A stretch of 64,000 nucleotides of DNA from an uncultured Bdellovibrionales bacterium (lineage in GTDB: Bacteria > Patescibacteriota > Minisyncoccia > Moranbacterales > UBA1568). Shown here piece by piece: positions 1-9,794 of this stretch. Position numbers and translations under genes: made by a program. Below the pieces are notes generated by a model, which worked only from the letters and a program-made list of their open reading frames with translations, was not told the DNA's origin and ran no database searches. Every line of letters starts with the position of its first letter. The first letter of the stretch is position 1. The stretch lies in assembly GCA_964530135.1 (NCBI GenBank), contig CAZGXN010000007.1, positions 2,576 to 66,575 on the forward strand. The letters run 5' to 3'.

Positions 1-537
1 TATCATGGCGGTGGACTTGAGTTGCGGAAAAACACAGCACTGCTGCTGCGTGCATATGCTCAACTGACCAAAGCAGCCGATCGAGAGCGTCTCCCACCTC
101 TGGTGATCAGCGGCGTGGTGCATGCTGAATCCAACCCCTTGGCCACACCGGTTCGAGCTTTGATTACTGAGCTTGGTTTGAAAGATCAGGTGCGGCTTTT
201 GGGCTGGGTGCCGGATGAAGATCTTCCAGTGCTCTATCAGAGCGCGAAAATGTTCATCTATCCATCCCGCTACGAAGGTTTTGGTTTACCTGTTCTCGAA
301 GCATTCGCTTCAGGCACGCCTGTTATTACGACTCCTTCTGGATCATTGGCTGAATTAGTCCAAGATGCAGCACTGACGGTATCACCGGATGATGCCTCCG
401 GTCTCGCCCAGGCGATCCATTCACTGTTGACAGATCCTGAGCTGGGTACAGCTTTGAGCGTCAAAGGACGGCGACGGGTGGCTGACTATTCTTGGTCACG
501 GTTTGTTTCTTTGGTGATCAATCGCTTGCTACAATAG
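1..537 (+). CDS. glycosyltransferase family 1 (GT4-type), C-terminal part; 5' end lies outside window
   Basis: Reading frame open back to base 1; GT1 C-terminal signature EGFGLPVLEAFASGTPVITT; track ORF 22..537 begins at an in-frame TTG. Confidence 0.8.
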   Translation, partial: YHGGGLELRKNTALLLRAYAQLTKAADRERLPPLVISGVVHAESNPLATPVRALITELGLKDQVRLLGWVPDEDLPVLYQSAKMFIYPSRYEGFGLPVLEAFASGTPVITTPSGSLAELVQDAALTVSPDDASGLAQAIHSLLTDPELGTALSVKGRRRVADYSWSRFVSLVINRLLQ

Positions 538-541
538 CTGT

Positions 542-2125
542 ATGAAGACTGGGATACAACGATATTCAGCTGGATGGGTAGATCAAAATGTTTTCTTGGG
601 TATGGTCGGCATTACTCTCGGTGTGCTGGGCATTGGATTTTTGCTTTTTGATATTTTCCCATTACCACCGATAAACCTGTTTTTCTTTACAGGTCTTCTT
701 TTTCTCCTGGCTCTGTATCGGCCGAATTGGTGCTTCTTGTTACTCGTTGCGGCACTTCCATTTGAAACGCTGAATATGTTGCCCGAAAGCGTTGGGGTCA
801 TACTCCGTCCATACCAGTGGCTGTGTATAATTCTTGTACTTGCGTTGGGCATTCGTATTGTTTCACACCGGACGGCATGGCCACTTTTTTCTTTTTCTTG
901 GCTCGATATTTTCCTTGCGCTGATTCCCCTTGGTGCCTTAGTATCGGGTCTTTTTTCGGGTGGAGAAGGGCCACGGCTGGCAGTAATTGTCGCATCGTTT
1001 TATGGACTTTATGTCCTTGCCCGCGTCTTTTTGAGGACGGTCGGAGATGTGCAGGTCGCTTCTCGTATGCTTTTTGCTTCGGGGTATATCTCGATTATTT
1101 TTGGTATCATCCAAAATGCGGCGTTTGAACGCGGGAGACTCTTGGCAGTCGTGATGCCCGGGCGGCCCAACGGAACCTTCACAGAGCCTGATTGGTTCGG
1201 ATTTTTTTCTGCAGCATTATTATTCTTTGTTTTTTCCCAAGTTGATCGCAGATTGAACACTGTACCAGATGGCACAAGTCGTTGGTTCTGGCGGATCTTC
1301 CCTGTTTTCCTCGGGCTGATCCCGATCTTGGTCGTGCTGATCCTAACCGTGAGTCGGAGCGCTTGGTTGGCTGCTCTGGCTGCTCTGGTATTGTGGATAT
1401 TGACGGCTCTTTTGGTGGAGGGTAAAGTGGCTCTTCGTCGATCACTGCAGAGTGTTCAGCTCTTTGTCATTGCGGCGGTGTTAGCTTTGCTCATTGTGGT
1501 AGATGTGCCACTCACGCGTTTTGATCTTTTGAACCGCGCCGAAAGTACAGCGACTGGTCTCCAAGAAATTACCATTGCTTGTGATACTCCAACTGATGTA
1601 CCAGCGGTGATAGAAACCATAGAAGTACTGTCGGCTTTTGGTTGCCGTCATATTACCCTCGAGGATCGGGCGGCATTGGCGGCAGCTGGGCAATCTATCC
1701 AAACAGTCCAGCGGCCGGATCCGAACATTGTTATTCGGAGTGAAATTTATCGGAAAACCTGGGCTGAGATTCGCCAGCACCCCATCCTTGGCATTGGCTG
1801 GGGGAATATCGGTACTGTTCTGGGGCGTGATAACACTGACAACGCGTACAATGCGAGTAATCTCTGGTTTGAAATTATACTGGGTGCTGGTTTGTTAGGT
1901 TTGATTGGTCTTGCTGGAGCAGTCGCAATAATTATCTCAGGTGTCGTACGGAGACTATCATCTCAGGGGCAAGCAGAAACGGGAATCATCCTTGTTTGTG
2001 CACTCCTTCTCCTCTTCCTTGTCTTCAACAGTTTTAATGCGGGTCTGCTTATCGGTGTTGTGTGGTTTGGCTTGGCAACTATCCCAGTTTTACTCTTTCC
2101 AAAACTGTCAGTAAAACCCGTATGA
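542..2125 (+). CDS. O-antigen ligase / Wzy-like polymerase family polytopic membrane protein
   Basis: 527 aa, >10 hydrophobic helices, central SRSAWLAALAALVLWIL segment plus large loop typical of O-antigen ligase/Wzy_C proteins; flanked by glycosyltransferases. Confidence 0.6.
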   Translation: MKTGIQRYSAGWVDQNVFLGMVGITLGVLGIGFLLFDIFPLPPINLFFFTGLLFLLALYRPNWCFLLLVAALPFETLNMLPESVGVILRPYQWLCIILVLALGIRIVSHRTAWPLFSFSWLDIFLALIPLGALVSGLFSGGEGPRLAVIVASFYGLYVLARVFLRTVGDVQVASRMLFASGYISIIFGIIQNAAFERGRLLAVVMPGRPNGTFTEPDWFGFFSAALLFFVFSQVDRRLNTVPDGTSRWFWRIFPVFLGLIPILVVLILTVSRSAWLAALAALVLWILTALLVEGKVALRRSLQSVQLFVIAAVLALLIVVDVPLTRFDLLNRAESTATGLQEITIACDTPTDVPAVIETIEVLSAFGCRHITLEDRAALAAAGQSIQTVQRPDPNIVIRSEIYRKTWAEIRQHPILGIGWGNIGTVLGRDNTDNAYNASNLWFEIILGAGLLGLIGLAGAVAIIISGVVRRLSSQGQAETGIILVCALLLLFLVFNSFNAGLLIGVVWFGLATIPVLLFPKLSVKPV

Positions 2126-3285
2126 GCCACCCTTCTCCACTCACGGTCGGGATTGATATTCGGCTGATTGGCAAGCAGCGTACCGGAGATGAAACCGTTT
2201 TTTTCCAACTAGTCCGTGAACTTATTCGGCAACATGCATCAGACATTCGGTACGAGCTCTATACGGATGAGGCGCGTGATGACCAGCTTGCAGCACTGCG
2301 GTTGAAACTTGATGCGCTCGGTCGAGAAGATGTCCATATTGTTTCATTGCCGGCCAAGAATCGCTTTCTCTGGAATGCGATTGTTTTGCCCGTGCGGCTT
2401 TTTCGGCATCCGGTCGATGTGTTTCATACACAGTATATTCTCCCACTCCTGCTCCCACGCCGACTGAAGGTAGTAACCCATATCCATGACGTTTCCTTTT
2501 ACGCTCATCCAGAATGGATCGGCAGATCGGATCTATTTTTTCTTCGTCTCTTTTTACCGCGGACTTTTTCTCGGTCTGACTGTGTGATTGTCCCCTCAGA
2601 ATTTACTCGATCGGAAGTCTTGGAGTACACCGCTCTCCCTGCTCAGCGTATTCGTATGATCAACAACGCCGTGGCTGAGGAATGGTATCAACCAATATCT
2701 CTTGAAATGATCCGTGCTGTAACGGCGCGTTATGGATTGGCGCCTTACCATTATTTCATTTCTTCTGGAACGCTGCAGCCACGAAAGAATATTCCGCGTT
2801 TGATCGAGGCGTTTCGGCGAGCAGTGCAGACACACGGTCTGACACATGCACTTGTCCTGACGGGGAGTCTCTCCGGACACAATGTCGATCCGCAGATTCA
2901 GTCGGCGACGCGCGGAAACATCATCTATTCAGGGTATGTTTCAGACGAAGATCTTCGGGCGCTCGTTGCGGGTGCGGCTGGATATGTCTTCCCATCCCTG
3001 TATGAGGGTTTTGGAATTCCTATTCTCGAGGCCCGCGCACAGGGGACGGCTGTGCTTGCCTCCGATATCCCGGTCTTCCATGAAGTGGGAGGTGAGCAGA
3101 TTCAGTATTTTAACCCATGCAGTCTTGCTCAAATGACCGAAAAACTGTATACTTTCTCCATTGATAACTTGGAGGAAAAGCCTGAAGATAAGCGTTTTTC
3201 TTCCGATGACAGACCATATTCCTGGACTCGAAGCGCCATTCAACTTGCGCAGCTTTATCGGTTACTTGGGGGTCGGTCTAGCTAA
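2122..3285 (+). CDS. glycosyltransferase family 1
   Basis: EGFGIPILEARAQGTAVLASD GT1 motif; ATG at 2122 overlaps upstream stop (ATGA); longer track ORF from 2062 would overlap previous gene. Confidence 0.85.
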   Translation: MSHPSPLTVGIDIRLIGKQRTGDETVFFQLVRELIRQHASDIRYELYTDEARDDQLAALRLKLDALGREDVHIVSLPAKNRFLWNAIVLPVRLFRHPVDVFHTQYILPLLLPRRLKVVTHIHDVSFYAHPEWIGRSDLFFLRLFLPRTFSRSDCVIVPSEFTRSEVLEYTALPAQRIRMINNAVAEEWYQPISLEMIRAVTARYGLAPYHYFISSGTLQPRKNIPRLIEAFRRAVQTHGLTHALVLTGSLSGHNVDPQIQSATRGNIIYSGYVSDEDLRALVAGAAGYVFPSLYEGFGIPILEARAQGTAVLASDIPVFHEVGGEQIQYFNPCSLAQMTEKLYTFSIDNLEEKPEDKRFSSDDRPYSWTRSAIQLAQLYRLLGGRSS

Positions 3286-3301
3286 TTCATAAAATACGCC
3301 C

Positions 3302-4501
3302 ATGGTGTTTCAACCAAACTCTGAGTCTGAGGGATCCATTCCTGAGGTCTCGCCTCAAAGAAAACGCGTTGTCCGAATTGTACTTTTTTTCCTCGCGCTC
3401 GGCCTATTGGCCGGTGTCGTTTTTGCCGTGAAAGCTGGTTTTGTCTTTAACAAAATTTCAATGGGTACAGATGGTGTTTTCAAAAATCTCTTGAAGACCC
3501 TTCCTGGTGCAAAGGACGAACTGATTGGTGAAAAAGAGGGTCGGATCAATGTGCTCTTATTGGGTATGCGGGGTGAAAATGTTCCTGGTGGTGGACTGTT
3601 GGCAGATACGATTATGGTTCTGTCGCTTCATCCCAAAGACACTCAAAAGGAAGGTGGTGATACCGCTCGGGCGTCTCTCGTTTCTATTCCACGCGACCTC
3701 TTCGTAAAAGTGCCGGGTCGTGAGGAACAACGGAAGATCAATGCAGTCTATGCGCTGGGTGAAGAACGTGGCCGTGGTGGTGGCATTGAGGATATGCGGA
3801 AAATTGTCGGTGAGGTGACAGGCCAAGACATCCCCTATGCCATTGTCATTAACTTTCAGGGTTTCATTGATCTCGTGAATGCCCTCGGCGGTGTGACGGT
3901 TGCTTTGAATGAGCCGTTTAGTGAAGGTATGCAGTTTCGTGAGCCCCATGTCTGTGATGCTCATGTGTATACGGTGCCGACGCGGCCCCCTCAGTACGAA
4001 CACAAGTACTATACTCGAAGTGAAGGTACGCGGTACATCGCGAAGTCATACCTTCTCTGTTACAACAAGGATCAGGAGTGTGGTGGTGTTTTTGAGCTTC
4101 CGGCCGGACCTAACAATCTCGATGGTTATAAGGCACTCTGTTATGCTCGGGCCCGCTATCAGAGTAATGATTTTGAGCGTGCTAAGCGGCAACAGCAGGT
4201 GATTCAGGCCATCAAAGACAAGGCACTTTCCGTAGGGACACTGACGGATTTTGGCAAGATCAATGGTTTACTCGATAGTCTCGGTGATAATCTCCGTACC
4301 AATATGGAGGCCTGGGAAATGAAGCGTTTCTTCGCGCTCTATCAGACCAATCAGGATGCCGTGCTGACGCAGCGTGTACTGGAAGATTCAGAGGAGGGAT
4401 TGCTCTATGCACCGCCCGCCACCCCCGAATCAGGGTATATTCTCCTTCCGCGGGCTGACAACTATGATCGGATTCGATCACTGTTTCAGAGTTTGCCCTA
4501 A
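3302..4501 (+). CDS. LytR-CpsA-Psr (LCP) family cell-wall glycopolymer transferase, N-terminal TM anchor
   Basis: N-terminal TM helix; LCP core motifs LLLGMRGENVPGGGLLADTIMVLSLHPKD, VSIPRDLFVKVPG, NAVYALGEE, GFIDLVNALGGVTV. Confidence 0.85.
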   Translation: MVFQPNSESEGSIPEVSPQRKRVVRIVLFFLALGLLAGVVFAVKAGFVFNKISMGTDGVFKNLLKTLPGAKDELIGEKEGRINVLLLGMRGENVPGGGLLADTIMVLSLHPKDTQKEGGDTARASLVSIPRDLFVKVPGREEQRKINAVYALGEERGRGGGIEDMRKIVGEVTGQDIPYAIVINFQGFIDLVNALGGVTVALNEPFSEGMQFREPHVCDAHVYTVPTRPPQYEHKYYTRSEGTRYIAKSYLLCYNKDQECGGVFELPAGPNNLDGYKALCYARARYQSNDFERAKRQQQVIQAIKDKALSVGTLTDFGKINGLLDSLGDNLRTNMEAWEMKRFFALYQTNQDAVLTQRVLEDSEEGLLYAPPATPESGYILLPRADNYDRIRSLFQSLP

Positions 4502-4510
4502 ACTCCTCTC

Positions 4511-5332
4511 ATGCCCATCGATGTTTCGATCGCGGTCAATAGCTATCGGAGTCCGGAACTCCTCAGACTCTGTCTTCGGGCTATCCAGCGTGAGTTAAAG
4601 ACGGCGGCTTTTACCTATGAAGTCCTCGTAGTTGATAGTGCAACCGAAGAAGATACAGAAATGCTGCTGCGGGAAGAATTTCCTAAGGTTCGTTTTTTTC
4701 CACACACTGAAAATGTCGGTTTTGGTCGGCTCATCAATACTTCGATTCGCGAGTCAGTCGGACAGTATCTCTTCTGCATCAATGCTGATATCATCCTCCG
4801 GCCGGACACGGTGAGTACGCTTCTCGCTTATGCTCAGACACATCCAGATGTCGGTCTGATGGGACCCAAACAGTTTAATTTTAATGGTTCGCTCCAGTCT
4901 ACCTGTCTTCGATTTTATCGCCCGCTGACCATTGTGTACCGTCGGACCTGGTTGAAGCATCTCCCGTTTGGTCGCCGACATCTTGACTGGTTTACCATGC
5001 GTGATTTTGATCATACCTATGAACGGGATGTCGACTGGATCATGGGCTCAGCTCTATTTGTCTCGCGGCGGGCCGTGGAGGCGGTCGGCCCGATGGATAA
5101 TCGTTTTTTTATGTATATGGAGGATGTCGACTGGTGTCGACGCTTCTGGGAGAAGGGCTATCGAGTGGTCTATGTCCCCACTGCTTCGGTGTATCACTAT
5201 CATGCCAAGGGGAGCGCGAAAGGGGGATTTTTTCGCTCGCTTCTTATGAATCGCCTCACCTGGTATCATATTGAGAGTGCGCTGCGGTATTTTCTCAAAT
5301 ACCGCGGTCGATCAATACCCAAACAGCCATAA
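4511..5332 (+). CDS. glycosyltransferase family 2
   Basis: N-terminal IAVNSYRSPELLRLCLRAI and VVDSATEED (GT2 DxD region), MEDVDWCRR motif. Confidence 0.75.
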   Translation: MPIDVSIAVNSYRSPELLRLCLRAIQRELKTAAFTYEVLVVDSATEEDTEMLLREEFPKVRFFPHTENVGFGRLINTSIRESVGQYLFCINADIILRPDTVSTLLAYAQTHPDVGLMGPKQFNFNGSLQSTCLRFYRPLTIVYRRTWLKHLPFGRRHLDWFTMRDFDHTYERDVDWIMGSALFVSRRAVEAVGPMDNRFFMYMEDVDWCRRFWEKGYRVVYVPTASVYHYHAKGSAKGGFFRSLLMNRLTWYHIESALRYFLKYRGRSIPKQP

Positions 5333-5352
5333 CACAGCTATAACAAACTTCT

Positions 5353-6639
5353 TTGAAACAAGATATGTCTCTCCCTACTGAGTCCGAATCTTTTCCATCA
5401 ACACCATCGCGTGGATCACGCCGGTTTATCATCGCGGGTGTCATCATTGGTATGGTGGGGTTTGCTTTTTATGCCGGCTATCAAAAGGGACAATTTAGTC
5501 TGGTGATGACAGAAACACCCGTTTCTCCGGATCAGGCGTCTTTTCAAAACACAACTGTGGGTCAAGATGCGACGATTGATTTTTCACTTTTTTGGAAAGT
5601 ATACAATATTCTTCGAGAGAAATATGTTGAGCGCGAATCTCTTGATGCCAAAAAGCTTTTTTATGGCGCTATTGACGGTATGCTCGCAGCGACCGGCGAT
5701 CCGTATACGACGTTTTTCGATCCTGAAGAAAACAAGGATTTCAAAGAGGAATTGGAGCAATCATTTGATGGTATCGGAGCGGAAATGCAGATCAAAGATG
5801 GAGTGCTTACCGTTGTCGCACCGCTTGAAAACTCACCTGCTCAGAGGGCGGGTATTCTCGCGGGGGACAAGATCCTGAAAATCGATGGTGCCTCGACTGA
5901 GAATCTTGGTCTGAGTGAAGCGGTCGATAAAATCCGCGGCCCGCGCGGAACCGAAGTTCAATTGTCGATATTCCATCCAGAGGAGGAAATGCTGCGGGAA
6001 ATTTCTGTGCGGCGCGATGTGATCGTTGTGAAAAGCGTTATTCTCGAGATCCAAGATGGTATTGCGACTATCAAGATCACTCGCTTCGGTGATGATACAA
6101 CGGATGAATTTGAGCGCGCGGCGGCCGAGATTCAACGTCAGGGCGTGCGTGGTATCCTACTCGATGTCCGAAATAATCCAGGTGGCTTTCTCGATGGAGC
6201 AGTAGATTTGGCGGGTTATTTTCTTCCAGTAGATACGGTTGTCGTTATCGAAGAGGATGCGACGAAGAAACGACATACACTGAAAACTCGGGGCCGAAAT
6301 CAGTTTGGCAAGATTCCTATCGTTGTTGTATTGAATCAAGGAAGTGCAAGTGCTTCGGAAATCCTTGCCGCAGCCTTGCGCGAACAGCGTGAAGATGTTG
6401 TATTGGTTGGAGAGAAGTCTTTTGGCAAAGGATCGGTCCAAGAACTTATTCCCACATCGAGTACGACATCAGTGAAGATAACCGTAGCCCATTGGTTGAC
6501 GCCTGATGGCCACCAGATCAATACTCGCGGCATCGAACCAGATCAAGTAGTGAAATTCACGCGTGCAGATTTTGAAGCAAAGCGTGATCCGCAGCTCGAT
6601 CAGGCTCGGGCATTGCTCCAGAAAAAACTTAATCCTTAG
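5353..6639 (+). CDS. carboxyl-terminal processing protease (S41 family, PDZ domain), membrane anchored
   Basis: PDZ segment GIGAEMQIKDGVLTVVAPLENSPAQRAGILAGDKILKIDG; S41 core VVVLNQGSASASEILAAALRE; N-terminal TM. Confidence 0.9.
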   Translation: MKQDMSLPTESESFPSTPSRGSRRFIIAGVIIGMVGFAFYAGYQKGQFSLVMTETPVSPDQASFQNTTVGQDATIDFSLFWKVYNILREKYVERESLDAKKLFYGAIDGMLAATGDPYTTFFDPEENKDFKEELEQSFDGIGAEMQIKDGVLTVVAPLENSPAQRAGILAGDKILKIDGASTENLGLSEAVDKIRGPRGTEVQLSIFHPEEEMLREISVRRDVIVVKSVILEIQDGIATIKITRFGDDTTDEFERAAAEIQRQGVRGILLDVRNNPGGFLDGAVDLAGYFLPVDTVVVIEEDATKKRHTLKTRGRNQFGKIPIVVVLNQGSASASEILAAALREQREDVVLVGEKSFGKGSVQELIPTSSTTSVKITVAHWLTPDGHQINTRGIEPDQVVKFTRADFEAKRDPQLDQARALLQKKLNP

Positions 6640-6648
6640 CTCGAGCGG

Positions 6649-6978
6649 TTGATGAAAGCGTTTGAAGTATATCAAGAAGCCAAAGCTGAACATGTCGGTC
6701 AGCCGGAAGAGCTTGAGTTGCTTCGCTCGACCTACCTCCAAAAAGCCTGGGCGGATAAACACTGTGCTGATTTAAAAGTGGTTGATGAAACGGAGCGAGA
6801 GGCTGCAGCTATCCAATGGATGCTCGAAGTGGGGGAATGGTTTCGGACAAACATCCTTGAGGCCGAGACTTCACCTGAGACGAAGAGTCGTCGGGCATAT
6901 TTCTTGGATCTCTTCGATGCGGATCCAGCGGCTGCGGTCGAAGAGCTTGACGCGCTCTTTCGACGATCACGACATTAG
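6649..6978 (+). CDS. hypothetical acidic protein (109 aa)
   Basis: Clean ORF in gap between ctpA-like gene and groES; no recognisable motif. Confidence 0.45.
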   Translation: MMKAFEVYQEAKAEHVGQPEELELLRSTYLQKAWADKHCADLKVVDETEREAAAIQWMLEVGEWFRTNILEAETSPETKSRRAYFLDLFDADPAAAVEELDALFRRSRH

Positions 6979-6981
6979 CAT

Positions 6982-7021
6982 TTAGCACTCACTTGACGAG
7001 TCTGCTAACGACCCGTAAAAT
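6982..7021 (+). promoter_or_regulatory. CIRCE-like HrcA operator (TTAGCACTC-N9-GTCTGCTAA, right arm has 2 mismatches) overlapping a sigma70-like promoter (-35 TTGACG 6993-6998, 17-bp spacer, -10 TAAAAT 7016-7021) upstream of groES
   Basis: Read directly; left arm perfect CIRCE half-site, right arm GTC instead of GAG. Confidence 0.6.
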
Positions 7022-7077
7022 GGGTAATGAAGCCTGGTGAAGTATCGGCACCACTTTATTCGCTTAACATGATTCGT

Positions 7078-7359
7078 ATGAAAAAACTTCAGATTCAGCC
7101 GCTCGGAGAAAATGTACTTATCAAGCTTGAATCCCGAGAGAAAAAAACTGCTTCGGGCTTGTATTTGCCGGAAAACACTACTGGTGAGCGAGAACAGCAA
7201 GGCACAGTCGTCGCTTTGGGCTCAGATGAGAGTATCCAGGTGAAGAAGGGTGATACGGTTATCTTTAAACGCTATGGAGCAAGTGAGGAATTGAAAATCG
7301 CAAACGCGGATCATCTCTTGATCCCATACAAGGATATCCTGGCGGTTGTACTTGGATAA
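7078..7359 (+). CDS. groES: co-chaperonin GroES (10 kDa chaperonin)
   Basis: MKKLQIQPLGENVLIKLESREKKTASGLYLPE...GDTVIFKRYGASEELKI matches GroES; alternative upstream ATG at 7027 would be leaderless relative to predicted -10; no groEL follows. Confidence 0.9.
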   Translation: MKKLQIQPLGENVLIKLESREKKTASGLYLPENTTGEREQQGTVVALGSDESIQVKKGDTVIFKRYGASEELKIANADHLLIPYKDILAVVLG

Positions 7360-7377
7360 GTTGTGAGTGTGTGTCCT

Positions 7378-7414
7378 AAAAAAAGAAACGGCCTGATTGG
7401 GCCGTTTCTTTTTT
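7378..7414. terminator. bidirectional rho-independent terminator (GAAACGGCC-TGATTG-GGCCGTTTC flanked by A-run and T-run)
   Basis: Perfect 9-bp stem, T-tract after, A-tract before; sits between convergent groES and rhodanese genes. Confidence 0.65.
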
Positions 7415-7481
7415 AGGTTTCTCTCTATCTAATTCTCATCTCTTGTATCAACATCAAAACATCTCTAAATGAACATGCTGC

Positions 7482-8321
7482 CTATGGTGATTTTTCAATG
7501 GGAAGTCCCGTGGCTTTCCAGGATTCAAAACCACCGGTAATGATTCTGAGTCCAAAGAAGCCCATATCAAACAACATTGTTCCGGCTTGAAAGGTATCTT
7601 GTTCATTGGTGCCGTAAACAAATATCGAACCGACAGAGGGGATAGTTTCGCGTTCTCTCTCGAGTCGTGAAAGTGGGAGATTGATCGCGCCTGGAATATG
7701 TCCGAGAGCAAATTCACGATCACTACGGACATCAATGATGATGTTTCGAACCAGTGTGGGAATGAGCGTAACAGCTTTTTCAGGTGTGATGGTGGTAACC
7801 TTGGACTGGTCAGCGGATGAGGTAGGATTACTTGTAGTGATGACGGCCCCGCCGCGTGCGACCCAGTTTCGAATGCCACCCTCCAGAAACACGAAAGTCA
7901 TCTTTCGTGCTGCAAAACGATTTTGGATTTCTCGAAATTGATCATTGGTATTTTCTTCATCGTACACGATGATGACAAGTTGACCAGTCGGCGCGCTATA
8001 AGCCGAAATTTCGGCCAGGCCCAACCACTCTGAATCGAGGATATGGAGTGCTTCAAAACTTGTCCGTGATCGGATATCAATAAAGCGGATCTCCTCATTT
8101 TTTTTGATTCGGCTGAGAATGTTTTCCGGACTAATAAAACGGAGCTCAGTCAGATCGGTAGTGTGGATATCACTGGGTGAAGAAGCTTGACGTTTTTCAT
8201 ACCAGGTTTTGCCCAACATTACGAGTGCTCCTCCGAACATTAGGCCAGCGACAAGGAGAATGATTCGGCCATCATTTCGCCGGTTTTTTGAGCGAAATGG
8301 TCTTTCGGAGGGGATGTTCAT
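7482..8321 (-). CDS. membrane-anchored tandem rhodanese-homology-domain protein (both domains lack catalytic Cys)
   Basis: N-terminal TM; two rhodanese-like segments (FIDIRSRTSFEALHILDS..., IIDVRSDREFALGHIPGAINLP); protein contains no cysteine at all. Confidence 0.75.
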   Translation of the reverse strand: MNIPSERPFRSKNRRNDGRIILLVAGLMFGGALVMLGKTWYEKRQASSPSDIHTTDLTELRFISPENILSRIKKNEEIRFIDIRSRTSFEALHILDSEWLGLAEISAYSAPTGQLVIIVYDEENTNDQFREIQNRFAARKMTFVFLEGGIRNWVARGGAVITTSNPTSSADQSKVTTITPEKAVTLIPTLVRNIIIDVRSDREFALGHIPGAINLPLSRLERERETIPSVGSIFVYGTNEQDTFQAGTMLFDMGFFGLRIITGGFESWKATGLPIEKSP

Positions 8322-9313
8322 ACAAGGACGGTGCCGATAAATTCTGGATATCTTTTAATAAATGCTGCAATCGAAGTAGTTTCTTTGCCTTCAAGTTGAA
8401 GTGTAAGTGGGTAGATCGTACCGACACCGGTTACTATACCAACTTTGTCTCCGATCATACAAACCGTTCCAATAGGATATTCTGTCGGTTGAGGTTCTTT
8501 CTGAAGTGTAATTTCGTGGAGTTTGATCCGTTGTATGCCTGTATCACCATGTCGCCAATAGGTAAAGATGCCAGGCCAAGGGTATAAGCCGCGGTAACGA
8601 TTATAGATTTCTTCTGCCGGTTCGCTCCAGAATACATGTCCGTCTTCGCGTTCGATAAGTTGGCAGAGGGTAACACCGTCAGTGGGTTGTGGAATGGCTG
8701 AAAGAGTACGCGTGATCCATTGGGGGAGAGTGCGTATGAGGAGGGAAGCACCAAGCGTAGCAAGCCGGACCAAGAGTTCCGACGCTCGCTCATCAGGCCC
8801 GATAGGCAGCTTTTCGCTGGCGATAATGTCGCCGGTGTCTAAACCGGCATTTAGTTCTATCAGGGTAATGCCAGTTTCTGTATCACCGGCTATCAGTGCA
8901 TTTGCAATAGGCGAGGCACCCCTCCAGCGAGGAAGAAGAGAAGCGTGGATATTGATACAACCGAAGCCAGGCAATGCGAGCACGCTTTCAGGCAGTATCC
9001 GTCCATAGGCTGCAACGACAATGACATCCGGTTTCCAGGCTCGAATGACCTCTACCGCCTCGGGGTTCATTTTTTCTGGTTGAAAGACTGGTATACCATG
9101 TTCATTTGCAAGTATCTTTACGGGTGATGCAGTAATTTTCTGCGTACGTCCAACCGGTCGATCAGGTTGTGTGACCACGCCTACGATATTGTAAGACTCA
9201 GTAATGAGGGCACTGAGAGCCGTCCTTGCAAACTCAGGTGTTCCCATAAAGACAACGGAAATCTGAGGTGCTTTGAAGGTAGTCGTATTCGGTGAGGGGT
9301 TTTTAGAGGGCAT
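8318..9313 (-). CDS. fmt: methionyl-tRNA formyltransferase
   Basis: VVFMGTPEFA, VVTQPDRPVGR, INIHASLLPRWRGASPIANALIAGDTETGITL motifs; track ORF extends to 9349, Fmt-like N-terminus starts near MPSKNP (9313). Confidence 0.9.
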   Translation of the reverse strand: MPSKNPSPNTTTFKAPQISVVFMGTPEFARTALSALITESYNIVGVVTQPDRPVGRTQKITASPVKILANEHGIPVFQPEKMNPEAVEVIRAWKPDVIVVAAYGRILPESVLALPGFGCINIHASLLPRWRGASPIANALIAGDTETGITLIELNAGLDTGDIIASEKLPIGPDERASELLVRLATLGASLLIRTLPQWITRTLSAIPQPTDGVTLCQLIEREDGHVFWSEPAEEIYNRYRGLYPWPGIFTYWRHGDTGIQRIKLHEITLQKEPQPTEYPIGTVCMIGDKVGIVTGVGTIYPLTLQLEGKETTSIAAFIKRYPEFIGTVLV

Positions 9314-9794
9314 AGACCTGTTTTTTTCCTTGTTTTTTGTAGCGATCACAAATCAGGATACCATCGAGATGGTCAAGCTCGTGCTGGAGACAGATCGCCA
9401 AGAGCCCGTGCGCTCGGAGTTTTTTCTCCTGGCCATGTTCGTCGAGATAACGGACCGTTACTTGTTCGGAGCGTTCGATGGTAAAAAATTCACCAGGGAG
9501 ACTGAGACAGCCTTCTTCAAAGAGTATCTTTTCTGTGGAGGCACTGGTAATTTTTGGGTTGATAAAATTTCGGACGATCCCATCAATTTCGATCACGCAT
9601 ATCCGAAGATTTTTTCCAATTTGAGGAGCGGCGAGGCCAATCCCGTCAGCCTGCCGCATGGCCACAACCATTTCAGGAAGAAGGGCTTGAATGTCCGGAG
9701 CAAGCGGATCTTTGACAGTTTCATTTTTAGCGTGAAGAATGGTATTTTCAGCACCCGTCACGATAGTGTGAAGAGAATTCATACAGGGAATCAT
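9303..9794 (-). CDS. def: peptide deformylase
   Basis: GIGLAAPQIG, EGCLSLPGEF, HELDHLDG (three PDF motifs); classic def-fmt pair. Confidence 0.92.
   Translation of the reverse strand: MIPCMNSLHTIVTGAENTILHAKNETVKDPLAPDIQALLPEMVVAMRQADGIGLAAPQIGKNLRICVIEIDGIVRNFINPKITSASTEKILFEEGCLSLPGEFFTIERSEQVTVRYLDEHGQEKKLRAHGLLAICLQHELDHLDGILICDRYKKQGKKQVYAL

Noticed and set aside
2062-2121. Longer start for the second GT1 gene as given in the ORF track (2062)
   Set aside because: It would overlap the preceding gene by 64 nt. The ATG at 2122 gives the usual ATGA overlap and a GT1-like N-terminus.
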